Assembly (NCBI GenBank): GCA_049999805.1
Contig: JBNGIO010006370.1
Location: 373,212 to 437,211 of the forward strand
Direction: 5' to 3'
Source: Folioceros fuciformis
Lineage: Eukaryota
DNA: 64,000 bases
Shown: positions 10,795-21,041 of the stretch, in pieces
Numbering within the stretch: position 1 is the first letter of the stretch
Layout of the letters: each line of letters opens with the position of its first letter
Translations under genes and position numbers: made by a program
Notes under the pieces: generated by a model
The model's input: only the letters and a program-made list of their open reading frames with translations
What the model was told of the DNA's origin: nothing
The model's database searches: none

Positions 10795-11090
10795 AGGATC
10801 TCTGGGCCATGTGGAAGGCATTTTCATTCAATTCTCCGGGCCATCTCCGAGGAGTCTTCCATTCCGATCCGTTTTCCCTGCATATCTCCGGGCCATGCAG
10901 ATCTCTGGGCCATCCAGATCTCTGGGCTATGGGCACGGCGTTTTTTGACGTTTCGACGAGCCATGGGAAGACACGTTTCCAAGGTTCGACGAGCCATGTG
11001 CAAGGCGTTTTTCAAGCTTTTGAAGACATGGGCCAGGACGAGCCAAGGTCTTTTCAAGTTTCCGAAGACATGTGCCAAGACAATTTCGGA
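10795..11090. repeat. Degenerate short direct repeats (GATCTCTGGGCCAT and TTCGACGAGCCATG motifs)
   Basis: GATCTCTGGGC(C/T)AT occurs three times and TTCGACGAGCCATG twice within ~300 bp. Confidence 0.55.
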
Positions 11091-11232
11091 TTGTAAAGAG
11101 GCAAGTGCTCCTGAGCGTCTTTGTCTCTCATCAGTCATCCGTTTGGGCAGAGATGAAACTCAGCAAACACATTCGATGCCAAAGAAAAAGAGGGATATTC
11201 TCCGCCGTACACACATGAAGATCCGCTTGTTC

Positions 11233-11382
11233 TCATGGTCGACCCTTACAACTGCAGCAAGCATCTTCAAATCGACGGACACGGTTCCCATCTCCTACAA
11301 CTATGTGTCTCTGTTCAAGCCTTGACGTGATCTCCGTGGAGCTGTGTCAGTCACTGCACATGCGCAGATTCTTGGTTACCAA
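11233..11382 (-). pseudogene. Orphan C-terminal fragment of a DYW:KP domain
   Basis: Minus strand reads VTKNLRMCSD*HSSTEITSRLEQRHIVVGDGNRVRRFEDACCSCKGRP*. The second Zn-ligand Cys codon is a TGA (11347-11349). Confidence 0.9.
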
Positions 11383-11581
11383 TGCTTGAGACACCGATCT
11401 CGGTGATGAGGAGGAAGGAGGTGCATCCGCGTCGGTCATCCATGTTTTTTCTGTACAGTTGGAACCTCTTGGTTTGCATACAAAGATAGTTCATCCACAA
11501 ACCAGTCAATGGCAGGCACATTGATCCCGAAGGAATGTTACATAGTATATATGCCTTGAACCCGGACCAGTTCCTCATTCT

Positions 11582-14500
11582 CTAAGGTCGACCCTTACAA
11601 CTGCAACAACCACTTGCAAATCGATGGACGCGGTACCCATCCCTTACAACAATGTCCCTCTGTTCAACCCTTGACATGATCTCGGTGGAACTGTGGCAAT
11701 CACCGCACATGCGTAGGTTCTTCGTTACCATCAGGGGTGTACCACTCGGAGTGTTCAAGAGACCGAAAGCCAAAGCTAGTTTCTCGGCATGCCCACAAAG
11801 AGCATCTTCTTTTTGCTTCTCACCCAGTGACTTCAACACCAACTTCGTGAGAGGTACGTGGCCTCCTTCCTGCTTCAGACGTGAATTCGTGCTTGCTACC
11901 TTGAGAGTTATGTCCTCTCGTCTTTCTCCCACAAGAAATCTGTGTACCTGCTCGTTCACCTCAATGGTGGCCACTGCAGGTTTCTTATTGCCTCCTGCTA
12001 CCATTCTCTGCGCTTCAATCCTCTCTGCATCGGTCCACCTGCCTGCATCTGCATAAGCATTGGCCATAAGCACATATGCGGACGCCCACCGAGGGTCCAG
12101 ACTAACAATGCTCTCAAAACACCACTTCGCTCTGCCAAGATCGCCATGGCTTTTACAAGCATTTAAAAACACCGTCAGGCCCACAACATTACTTTGGCCC
12201 TCACACGATAACAGCATCTTCTCTGCCTCATCTAAATGCCCAGCACGCCCTAAAAGATCAATCATACAAATGTAATGCTCGAAAGTAGGTTCAATGCCAT
12301 GCTGTTCAACCATGGATTCAAAGTGCTTGCGACCCTCCTGGACAAGTCCCTCATGACTGCATGCTACTAGAAGGCAAGTGAATGTAACACCGTCAGGCTG
12401 AGTGCCGGCAACTAGCATCTCCTCAAAACAAGCTAGTGCTCTGTGACCATCATCACAAGTACCATACCCAGATATCAGGGCATTCCATGTCACCACATCC
12501 TTGGTGGCCAAGCTGTCAAAAACGAGTCGTGCTGCATCCAGTTCGCCACATTTTGCATACATGTCCACCAGGCAGTTGCCCAACACGACGTTACCCAGCA
12601 GTCCTCTTTCCACAATCTGTGTGTGCAGATGCCTGCCCTTCTGTAGGGCACCCGTGCTTGCGCAGGCTTTTAAAACACAAGTCAAAGTAACATCGTCAGC
12701 CAAAATGAGGCCCTCTTGCTCCATTTGTTCATATAGAAGAAGCGCCTCTTGGCCAAGTCCTTGCTGTGCATACCCAGACATCAGGGCATTCCAGGTCACC
12801 ACACTCTTTGTGGCTATGCTGTCAAATACCAGGCGTGCATCTTGCAGCTCACCACACTTTGCATACATGTCCACCAGACTGTTGCCCAGCACTCCAGTGT
12901 CCAGTAGTCGTCTTTCAACAATCTGTGAATGCAGCTGCCTGCCCTTTGGCAAGGCACCAGTGCTTGCACAGACCTTTAGGAGGGAAGCAAAAGTGACACG
13001 ATCAGCCAAAATCAGGCCCTCTTGCTCCATTTGTGCGAACAGATTAAGCGCCTCTTGGCCAGGTCCATGCTGTGCATAGCCAGATATCATAGCATTCCAC
13101 GTCAACACATCCTTTGTGGCCATACTATTAAAAACCTGGCGAGCATCTTCCACTTCACCACATTTTGCGTACATGTCCACCAGGCAGTTGCCCAACAATA
13201 CACCATCAAGTAGTCCTCTTTTGACAATCTGTGAGTGCAGCTGCCTGCCCATCTGTAGTGCACCGGTGCTTCCACAGGCCTTCAGAAGGCAAACGAAAGT
13301 AACATGGTTAGCTACGGTCACACCCTCTTCCTCCATTTGTCCGTACAGAAAAAGCGCCTCTTGGCCGAGTCCTTGCTGTGCATACCCAGCAATCAGCGCG
13401 GTCCATGTGACAACATTCTTTGTGCCCAAGCTGTCAAACACTTGGTGCGCTTTTTGAAGTTCACCACACTTTGCATACATGTCCACCAGGCAGGTGCCCA
13501 CCAGTACGTCATCTAGAAGCCCTCTTTGAACAATCTGTACGTGCAGCTGCCTGCCCTTCTGTAAGGCACCAGTACTTGCACAAGCTTTCAGAAGGCAAGC
13601 GAAAGTAACGTGGTTAGGTGAAATCAGGCCCTCCTCCTCCATTTGTCCGTACAGAGCCAGTGCCTCATTACCGAGCCCTTGCTGGGCATACCCAGCTATT
13701 AAGGCATTCCATATCACTACATTCTTTGTTGCCATGCTGTCAAAAACCTGGCGTGCATCTTTCAAGTCACCACATTTCGCATACATGTCTATGAGGCAGG
13801 TGCCAACAAATAGAGTGATAGGAATGCCACTGTCCAAAACATCAGAATGCACTTTTCTGCCAGACTCCAAATCGGCGGCCAATGCACAAGCTTGAAGGGC
13901 AGCTACAAAGACGTGAGCATCCGCAATCACTCCTGACCTACGCATCTTATGGTACAGGTGTACGGCCTCCAAAGGCTTCCCATTCTTCGCATATGCAGAA
14001 ATTATGGAAAACCACATGAAGGAATTTGGTTTCCCCACCCTGGTGAACACATCCATGGCCTCCTGCAGCCTACCTCCACCTGCATACATGCGCAAGATAT
14101 GGTTCCCCAAGTAGGCATTCGACTCGTACCCAAGTTTCACCGTGAGATTATGGACTCGTCGCCCCACTACCAAGTTCTTTCTCATTGTACACAGTTTTAT
14201 CACTGTGTAAAACAGGGACTGGGAAATCGGAACATCTGTCTGTGCCAGAGATTCCAGGGCTCTCACGGCCTCTGACAGCTTCCCCTGCTGGCATAGCATG
14301 CTCACGGTCTCAGCTGTTATGACACCCACTTTTGATTCTGCACGCATGCCAGGTTCAGGCTTATCCGGAGGGCTCCAGTCGGAAGGATAGGCACCATGAC
14401 CCATCTGCATATCCAAGGGATCGAGCTCCTCATCAACCCAATCTCGCTTGAACGTGTTGTTTAACCACAGGACCTCGCTGGACCCCCCATGCCGGATGTC

Positions 14501-14797
14501 AAGCGATCGGGAGGCCTGCTTATCTCGTCTGCTGTCCCACCCCATGACAGGTTCCGGCAAAGATTGTTGCGACCAATGCTCCTGCTCCTGGTGACGACCA
14601 TCGCTGGAAAACCAGTCCCTACCCACACATTTGGGCGGAAATGGACGAGCTGGGCTACCAACGCTGCTGCAATTGGAGGCTTCGTTTGCAAGGATCTGAC
14701 TCCTTAAAGTGAGGTGGGCGGGAGCGCCCCGAAGAATCCCTGTGCACAAACCACTTTGTTGGGTCCACAACGGTTCCGGTTGCCATGCTGTGGACAT
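11582..14797 (-). CDS. PLS-class PPR protein with DYW:KP (GRP) domain; long paralogue
   Basis: Intronless ORF with ATG at 14797 (MSTAWQPEPLWTQQ), four internal PLS triplets, KKPAVATIEV, GHAEKLA, CGDCH and CSCKGRP*. Confidence 0.95.
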   Translation of the reverse strand: MSTAWQPEPLWTQQSGLCTGILRGAPAHLTLRSQILANEASNCSSVGSPARPFPPKCVGRDWFSSDGRHQEQEHWSQQSLPEPVMGWDSRRDKQASRSLDIRHGGSSEVLWLNNTFKRDWVDEELDPLDMQMGHGAYPSDWSPPDKPEPGMRAESKVGVITAETVSMLCQQGKLSEAVRALESLAQTDVPISQSLFYTVIKLCTMRKNLVVGRRVHNLTVKLGYESNAYLGNHILRMYAGGGRLQEAMDVFTRVGKPNSFMWFSIISAYAKNGKPLEAVHLYHKMRRSGVIADAHVFVAALQACALAADLESGRKVHSDVLDSGIPITLFVGTCLIDMYAKCGDLKDARQVFDSMATKNVVIWNALIAGYAQQGLGNEALALYGQMEEEGLISPNHVTFACLLKACASTGALQKGRQLHVQIVQRGLLDDVLVGTCLVDMYAKCGELQKAHQVFDSLGTKNVVTWTALIAGYAQQGLGQEALFLYGQMEEEGVTVANHVTFVCLLKACGSTGALQMGRQLHSQIVKRGLLDGVLLGNCLVDMYAKCGEVEDARQVFNSMATKDVLTWNAMISGYAQHGPGQEALNLFAQMEQEGLILADRVTFASLLKVCASTGALPKGRQLHSQIVERRLLDTGVLGNSLVDMYAKCGELQDARLVFDSIATKSVVTWNALMSGYAQQGLGQEALLLYEQMEQEGLILADDVTLTCVLKACASTGALQKGRHLHTQIVERGLLGNVVLGNCLVDMYAKCGELDAARLVFDSLATKDVVTWNALISGYGTCDDGHRALACFEEMLVAGTQPDGVTFTCLLVACSHEGLVQEGRKHFESMVEQHGIEPTFEHYICMIDLLGRAGHLDEAEKMLLSCEGQSNVVGLTVFLNACKSHGDLGRAKWCFESIVSLDPRWASAYVLMANAYADAGRWTDAERIEAQRMVAGGNKKPAVATIEVNEQVHRFLVGERREDITLKVASTNSRLKQEGGHVPLTKLVLKSLGEKQKEDALCGHAEKLALAFGLLNTPSGTPLMVTKNLRMCGDCHSSTEIMSRVEQRDIVVRDGYRVHRFASGCCSCKGRP

Positions 14798-15182
14798 CGT
14801 CAAGCGAAAGATGAGTCTAAGGACAGACTACATGTTCTATAGAAGCACATGCCCGGGTATTGAGCTTAAAGCGAAGGGACTATCCATGTGTATGATCACA
14901 CAAATCTGAAGGGTAACTGAGACAAAAATACACTGGAATCTTCCAGCCAAGGAAGAGATTCCAAAGTTTTGGCCACCGACCGGTAAAGCGCGCTTAGATT
15001 CAAGCCATCGAAGAACTCCTTCCTTTCAGAGAATGATTCATTGGATTTGATTACCACAGTTAGGGTGTCAGATGGGGTAGCAGGGAGACGAAGACGTCAG
15101 ACGTTTCTCGGTGTGGCTTGGGATGCGAGCACGTTTTACTTGTCTTCTCTGCCGTAGACACTCGAGCACTGGCTAGTTACTG

Positions 15183-15800
15183 CCACGGTCGACCCTTACA
15201 ACTACAACAAATGGTTGTACGCATCACCCATCCCTTACAACAATGTCACTCTGCTCTATCCTTGACATGATCGCCGTGGAACTGTGGCAGTCACTACACA
15301 TGCGTAGATTCTTCGTTACCACCAGAGGTATGCCACTGGGAGTGTGCAAGAGATCAAACGCCACAGCTAGCTTCTCAGAATGCCCACAAAGTGCATCTTT
15401 TTCCTTCTCCTGCAATGGCCTCAACACCAAGTTTGTGTGAGGTTTATGTCCTCCTTCCTCCTTCATACGCGCATTCGTGCTCTCCACTTTGAGCGCAATA
15501 TGCTCTCGTTTCTCCCACTGGGAATGTGCAAGAGACCAAACGCCACAGCTAGCTTCTCAGCATGCCCAAAAGGGCATCTTCTTTTTCCTTCTCCTGCAAT
15601 GGCTTCAACACCAAGTTTGTGTGAGGTATATGACCTCCTTCCTCCTTCATACGTGCATTCGTGCTCTCTACCTTGAGCGCAATATGCTCTCTTGGTTCTC
15701 CTACCAGGAATGTATGCACCTGCTCCTTTACCTCAACGGTTGCCACTCCAGGTTTCTTGTTAGCTCCTGCTGCCCTTCTCTGTGTTTCAATATAGCCGAT
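15183..15800 (-). pseudogene. DYW:KP domain remnant with an internal ~182-bp tandem duplication
   Basis: KKPGVATVEV...ALKVESTNARMKEEGGH; the segment is duplicated (15333-15514 and 15515-15700). Frameshift near ALCG, stop after VVRDG, and an out-of-frame CCSCKGRP. Confidence 0.88.
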
Positions 15801-15933
15801 TCTGCACCCGCGTCCAGGAAACTTGGAGGGAAAGCTTAATGGTGGTGATGATGTGAAGGCAATTCGTCTCCGAGGTGAGGTCTTTCGAATGGAGAAAATC
15901 ATATCGAGCGGATTGAGGATGCTAATCGAGACT

Positions 15934-18183
15934 CTAAATGGGCATATAATGAGTACATGATATATTCCCAGTTTGCCTCAGCAGTAAGGTTACCTTATCT
16001 AGAAGGTCATGTACTTCCTCATGTTCAGGGTGCTTGCGGTCTCCTACGTAGAATGTGTGCGCTTCCTGCTCGACCTCAATCCAGCTCCACCCAGGTTCCT
16101 TCCAGGCACCTTCCCTCCTTCTGCACTTGAATAGTGCCTTTGCTTGGTCAAAGAGGCCGGCATCGGCATAGATGTGTGACATCAAAACATATGCTGCAGC
16201 ATCCTTGGGTTGCAGACGTAAGGCACAATCAAAAACACGTTCTGCCAGGGCTATGTTGCCATGCTTCCGACAGGCCGCCAGGACGCAAAGCCATGTTGCC
16301 AGGTCAGGCTGAATTGGCATCACTGACAAGAGCTCCTCCACCTTTGAAAAGTTTCCTGCGCGGCCGAAAAGGTCTACCATGCTCACATAATGCTCGATTT
16401 CCGGGGTCACGCCGAAGTCTTTGCTCATGGATTCGAAGTACTCCACACCTTTCTCGACCAGGCCGGCATGACTGCAAGCTGTGAGAAGGGACACAAATGT
16501 CACCGCATCTGGGTGAATTCCTGCTAGTCGCATGGCCTGATAACATTGCAGGGCTTCTTGCCCCAGCCCATACTGAGAATATCCAGTGACCATGGCTGAC
16601 CATGTCACAACATCTCTTGTGCTCATACTATCAAACACCTTGCGGGCATCGTCGAGACTCCCACACTTTGCATACATGGCCACCAGGCAGTTGTTGACAA
16701 CAAGGTCAGCTCCAAGCCCTCTTGTCTGGATCTGACAGTGAAGCTGCTTACCCTGCTGCAATGCACCAATGCTGGCACATGCCTTCAGAAGGCAAACAAA
16801 TGCAACATGATCATTCGGATCGATGCCCTCTTTTTGCATGACTGCATAAAGAGACAGCACTTCCTGACCAAGACCATGCTGGGCATATCCACAAAGCATC
16901 GAGGTCCATGTTACCCCATCTTTGGTCAGCATAGTGTCAAACACCCTGCGGGCCTCGTCCAAGCTGCCGCATTTCGCATACATGTCCACCAGACAGTTAC
17001 TGACAAGCACGTTAGATTCCAGTCCTCTTGCCTGAATCTGAGAATGGAGCTGCTTCCCCTGGTGTAGAGCACCAGTGCTGGCACATGCTTTCAGCAGGCA
17101 CAAGAATGTAACGTAGTCAGCTGGAAACATCCTTTCCTGCTCCATAACTGCGTAAAGCGCAAGGGCTTCCTTACCGTGCCCAAGCTGAGCATATCCTGCT
17201 AGCATAGCAGTATATGCCACCACATTTCTTGAGGGCAAATTATCAAACACCCTGCGGGCATCCGCTATGCTCCCACATTTCGCATACATGTCCACCAGGC
17301 AGCTACCAACAACTACATCACGGTCGAGTCCCCTACCCTGAACTTGGGCATGAAGCTGTTTGCCAAGGTCTAACGCTCTGATGCTGGCACATGCGTTCAG
17401 GAGGCAAACAAAAGTAACCTGGTCAGCTGGTATGATGGCCTCCTGTTGCATATTTGCATAGAGAGCAAGAGCTTCTTCCCCAAGCCCATGCTGGGCATAT
17501 CCTGCAAGCATTGCAGTCCACGTCACCACATTCTTGGTGGTCAAGTCGTCAAAAACCCTGCGTGCATTATCTAGGCTACCGCATTTCGCGTACATGTCAA
17601 CCAGGCAACTGCCAACAAACACATTTGGCTCAAGTTCAGTCCGCAGAAAATCAGCATGGACCTCCCTGCCTGAAGCCAAATCTGCTGCGTTTGCACATGC
17701 TTTAAGGACAGCCACAAATATATGAGCGTCTGGTGTAACTCTTGACTGACGCATCTGCCAGTACAGTTTTATTGCCTGCATGGGTTCTCCGTGTTCGGCA
17801 TGGGCTGAAATCAAGGACGACCACATGTATGCGTCTGGAGAAATCAGTTTGGCGAATACCTCCAATGCTTCAGTCAGCCTACCGTGAGAGGCATACATGC
17901 AGATTGTGTGGTTCGCTAAAAACTTGTTAAGCTCATAGCCACTCGAAACGATAAGACCATGGACCTTTCTTCCAAAATCCAACTCCTTCTTCGTGGTACA
18001 CTCTTTCAGGACCCCTCGGAAGAGAGATGCTGGAATATACGATCCCTGACGAGAGAGCAGATTCAAGGCTTCGACGGCTTCACCAGTCAATCCCTCCTCA
18101 GACTGTTCGCTCCCTTCTCCATGCCCTACCAACCTGCACCACGAAGGCCACTCCCGCCGCCCCCTTGCCTGTAATTTTTTCAT
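15934..18183 (-). CDS. PLS-class PPR protein, E+ type (PG box, no catalytic DYW); 5' end uncertain
   Basis: PLS repeats, E1/E2, KEPGWSWIEV...GDRKHP, then stop before any HxE. First in-frame ATG at 18183; an upstream exon is possible. Confidence 0.9.
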   Translation of the reverse strand: MKKLQARGRREWPSWCRLVGHGEGSEQSEEGLTGEAVEALNLLSRQGSYIPASLFRGVLKECTTKKELDFGRKVHGLIVSSGYELNKFLANHTICMYASHGRLTEALEVFAKLISPDAYMWSSLISAHAEHGEPMQAIKLYWQMRQSRVTPDAHIFVAVLKACANAADLASGREVHADFLRTELEPNVFVGSCLVDMYAKCGSLDNARRVFDDLTTKNVVTWTAMLAGYAQHGLGEEALALYANMQQEAIIPADQVTFVCLLNACASIRALDLGKQLHAQVQGRGLDRDVVVGSCLVDMYAKCGSIADARRVFDNLPSRNVVAYTAMLAGYAQLGHGKEALALYAVMEQERMFPADYVTFLCLLKACASTGALHQGKQLHSQIQARGLESNVLVSNCLVDMYAKCGSLDEARRVFDTMLTKDGVTWTSMLCGYAQHGLGQEVLSLYAVMQKEGIDPNDHVAFVCLLKACASIGALQQGKQLHCQIQTRGLGADLVVNNCLVAMYAKCGSLDDARKVFDSMSTRDVVTWSAMVTGYSQYGLGQEALQCYQAMRLAGIHPDAVTFVSLLTACSHAGLVEKGVEYFESMSKDFGVTPEIEHYVSMVDLFGRAGNFSKVEELLSVMPIQPDLATWLCVLAACRKHGNIALAERVFDCALRLQPKDAAAYVLMSHIYADAGLFDQAKALFKCRRREGAWKEPGWSWIEVEQEAHTFYVGDRKHPEHEEVHDLLDKVTLLLRQTGNISCTHYMPI

Positions 18184-18596
18184 TTTCGGCAAGGGGCAAC
18201 TGATCTGCAATCTCTATCCCTCTGGCATCGCCTGGATGTCCCCTGTCTAATCTCTGGTAAGCCTCCTGGTATGGCATTGCATCTCCTCCTCCTGCGGGAC
18301 CATGGGAGGAGGAGATCCAAAGCCATGGCCTAACCATGGAAGGCAATGTTTCGCGTGCTAACCTGCACTACGTGTCCGCCGCGTTTATTCCAATTGCAGG
18401 GGCTCAGGTGCTGACCAAGGTGGTTCAACCTAACTTCCAAGTTTTGAAAGCTGAACAATATGTATGACATCCGTGCACGCACTCTACGAACTATGGTAGA
18501 TATGGGTTGTGCTGAACTCCGATGCTCGGTGAATGCCAGGTTCTGTAAGGGAGGAAGATCGGCTGGTGTTTTGCTCTGTGGATGCCAGCTGTGGGA

Positions 18597-18880
18597 AGGG
18601 AATCAACACTGAAATGGTTTGCAAGGGAATCAACACCGAAATGGTTTGCAAGGGAATCAACACCAAAATAGATGGTTTGCAGGTGAATCAACACCAAAAT
18701 GGTTTGCATGGAATAACCGAGAATGACTCATCTAAATGGCTGGCAAGGGAATCATCACTACAATGGTTTGCAAGGGACTCAACACCAAAATGATTTGCAA
18801 GGGAATCAACGCCAAAACGGTTTGGAAGGAAATCGACCAGAATGATGATCAAAATGGTTTGGAAGGGAATCAACAACCAA
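18597..18880. repeat. 27-bp minisatellite, about 10 degenerate units (AGGGAATCAACACCRAAATGGTTTGCA)
   Basis: Directly visible tandem units. They generate the repetitive spurious ORFs (KGINTEMVC, GVDSLANHF). Confidence 0.9.
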
Positions 18881-19040
18881 AGAGTATGCCGATTTTGTCT
18901 GAAAGCTTGGATTCAGCTTGCACACTTCGCTTTCAGTACAAATCCTTCCGGATTAGCCATTCGTGAAGTCCAAAAATTTCTCAAAAGCTAGTTGCAGATA
19001 GCACATATTCCACCTATTCTGTCTGATGAGCAGCATTTGC

Positions 19041-21041
19041 CTACTCCGTAGACACCCTGTGATTTGCACGTGTCTCCTCCACAAATCCAGACAAAATCAC
19101 ATCCTCGTCCTGAGCTCCGAGGAAATCCTGTAACCTAGCTTTCTCTATATCGAATGCTATAGGCAGAATGTCATGGTCGGTTTCCTTCTCTAGTATAGCC
19201 AGCACCGAGTTACGACCTGCACATTAAATGCTGGATGTTAGAAAGCCACCAGGATCGAGATCCTCACCTGAAACTGCAAGACAGCGAGCCCCACCTGCAA
19301 GGAACTGTGGCTTGTTGGGGCGGGAAGAAGTGCTGAAGCCCACGAACTCAAAAGTTCCGTCCCTGGAAGCCACCTGCGATACCGGATGATACCTAGGCAC
19401 CACGAAGACTGTGCCTTCTTCCACCCTTTCATGGAGGGCTTTGGTACCGTTGGGATAGGCTATGTGCACATAACCATAGCCCCTGGTTACCAATGCTATC
19501 TCAGTAGCCCTAGGGTTCCAGTGAGGCGCCAGCATCGAACCCTGCGACAGTACAACTCCTCACTCATTCCTCAGCAGTCTCCAAGTCCTAAATGCTGCAG
19601 GACATATCAGACATCCAGAGGAACGGAACTACGTACCGCTTTCAAGCTGACAGCAAACAGCCCAACGTCAGGCTTCTTCAGACGAGAAAATTCGGTCTTA
19701 TCCACTGTTGAGCTCCAACCGTTCTTGTTCTTGAAGTCAGGCTTCTTCTTGAGCAGGTTGAAGGCTTCATCAGACCGAGTCCAACCCAGCAGAGGAATTT
19801 GACCCACAGACTGCTGGAACCAGTCCCACCAGCTCCTGGAGTTCAGACTGCTAGGCTGATAGGGTAAGAAACTGGGCCTCTTTCCAGAGGTTATCCGCTT
19901 TGCTTCCCTGGCTGTTGTGTAGACCATGGGACCTGCACTTTGTGCATTCAGTAAATCCCCGACCTCGATCCTTGACAGCTGAGAACAACAACCACCAGGG
20001 TGAGGATCCTAGACTCTGACATGCATACAGTTCATACAAAGGCAGCCTCTCTTACGTTGAATGCCGCTGCCACCACTTCTGCATCGAACCCAGAGAGGAT
20101 GGTCACAGGATCCCAGCCTCCTGCCACAAAGAAAGGCTGCACCACCATTCCCAATCCCAAGACATTGTCCAAAACCCTTAGCTCCTCCTCGAAGTTGAGC
20201 ACCAACTAGTTGCGTACGGTTTCTGAAGCGAGGGAGGAGAATGCAGCATGCAATTCTGTACCTGGAAATGCCCACGCACAAGGCTGTGTCGCGCATCGAT
20301 CAGGGAGAAGATCTGCAACCTGAGGCCCTTGTCGGTGTTGAGGATATAGTGGACAGTGCCTCCCTCGAGGGTGTACACATCTCCTGCCTCAAGGTCTCTG
20401 TGGACGTATTCATAGTCCTCCACCCAGCCAACCCTCGCACTTCCTGAGCTTTCAGGAACAACATCATTCCCCTTGTTCCACAAAAATTCACACACAATAT
20501 TGCATTCATACATGTCACAGAAGCAGAGATGTTGATAAGCAGCCAGAGATGACCATAGACAGGTAGAGATTGTCACAGCCAAAGATCAACTGAATGCACC
20601 TTTCTGGATGTACAACACCACAGAAGCGTCCAAGTAGTGAGGCAGAAGCAAGCCTTTGGGCTCCAGGGTCAGAAACGCCAGACCCACATCCTTCAGAGTG
20701 GCCACTTCTTTGTCTACCCGCCTGGGTAGCACCCTGAGGACGCCAGCCTGGGTCCTGGCAAACTCCTTGGGGTTGTCCAGAATGAAGGGATAGGAGGATG
20801 TCTCGTTGCTCCCAGGTTCCGTTTCATGCTCGTGCCCATGCTCGGGTTCGTACTCAGGTTCTCGTCGCTCCCGTTCCCGCTCTCTCTCCCGTTCCTTCTC
20901 CCGTTCTCGCCGCTCCTCGCGCTCCTCCCGCTCCTCCCGACCGTGGTCCGAGTAAGCAGCAGCGATGCGAGCACTGAAGGTGAGCACAACGAGCAGTAGC
21001 AAGAGGAGAGCCAGCCGAGAGCGGCCTGTACGGGACGCCAT
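19041..21041 (-). CDS. Vicilin-like (7S globulin, bicupin) storage protein, multi-exon
   Basis: Signal peptide MASRTGRSRLALLLLLLVVL, E/R-rich tract, LEPKGLLLPHYLDA, DLEAGDVY, FFVAGG..P..ILSGFD, MLAPHWNPRATEI, VPRYHPVSQVASRDGTFEFVGFSTS, PQFLAGRNSVL. Confidence 0.9.

Noticed and set aside
10756-11325. 189-aa ORF
   Set aside because: Runs through a repeat tract and the antisense strand of a DYW remnant; no family signal.
15183-16100. Splicing of the E+ PPR (15934..18183) onto the adjacent DYW:KP remnant to make a chimeric editor
   Set aside because: The apparent TGCAG acceptor near 15802 is explained as a relic of the YADAG codons, and the remnant has a frameshift and a premature stop.
18597-18880. 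Possible CRISPR array
   Set aside because: Units are head-to-tail and degenerate with no unique spacers and no cas genes, in a eukaryotic context; this is a minisatellite.
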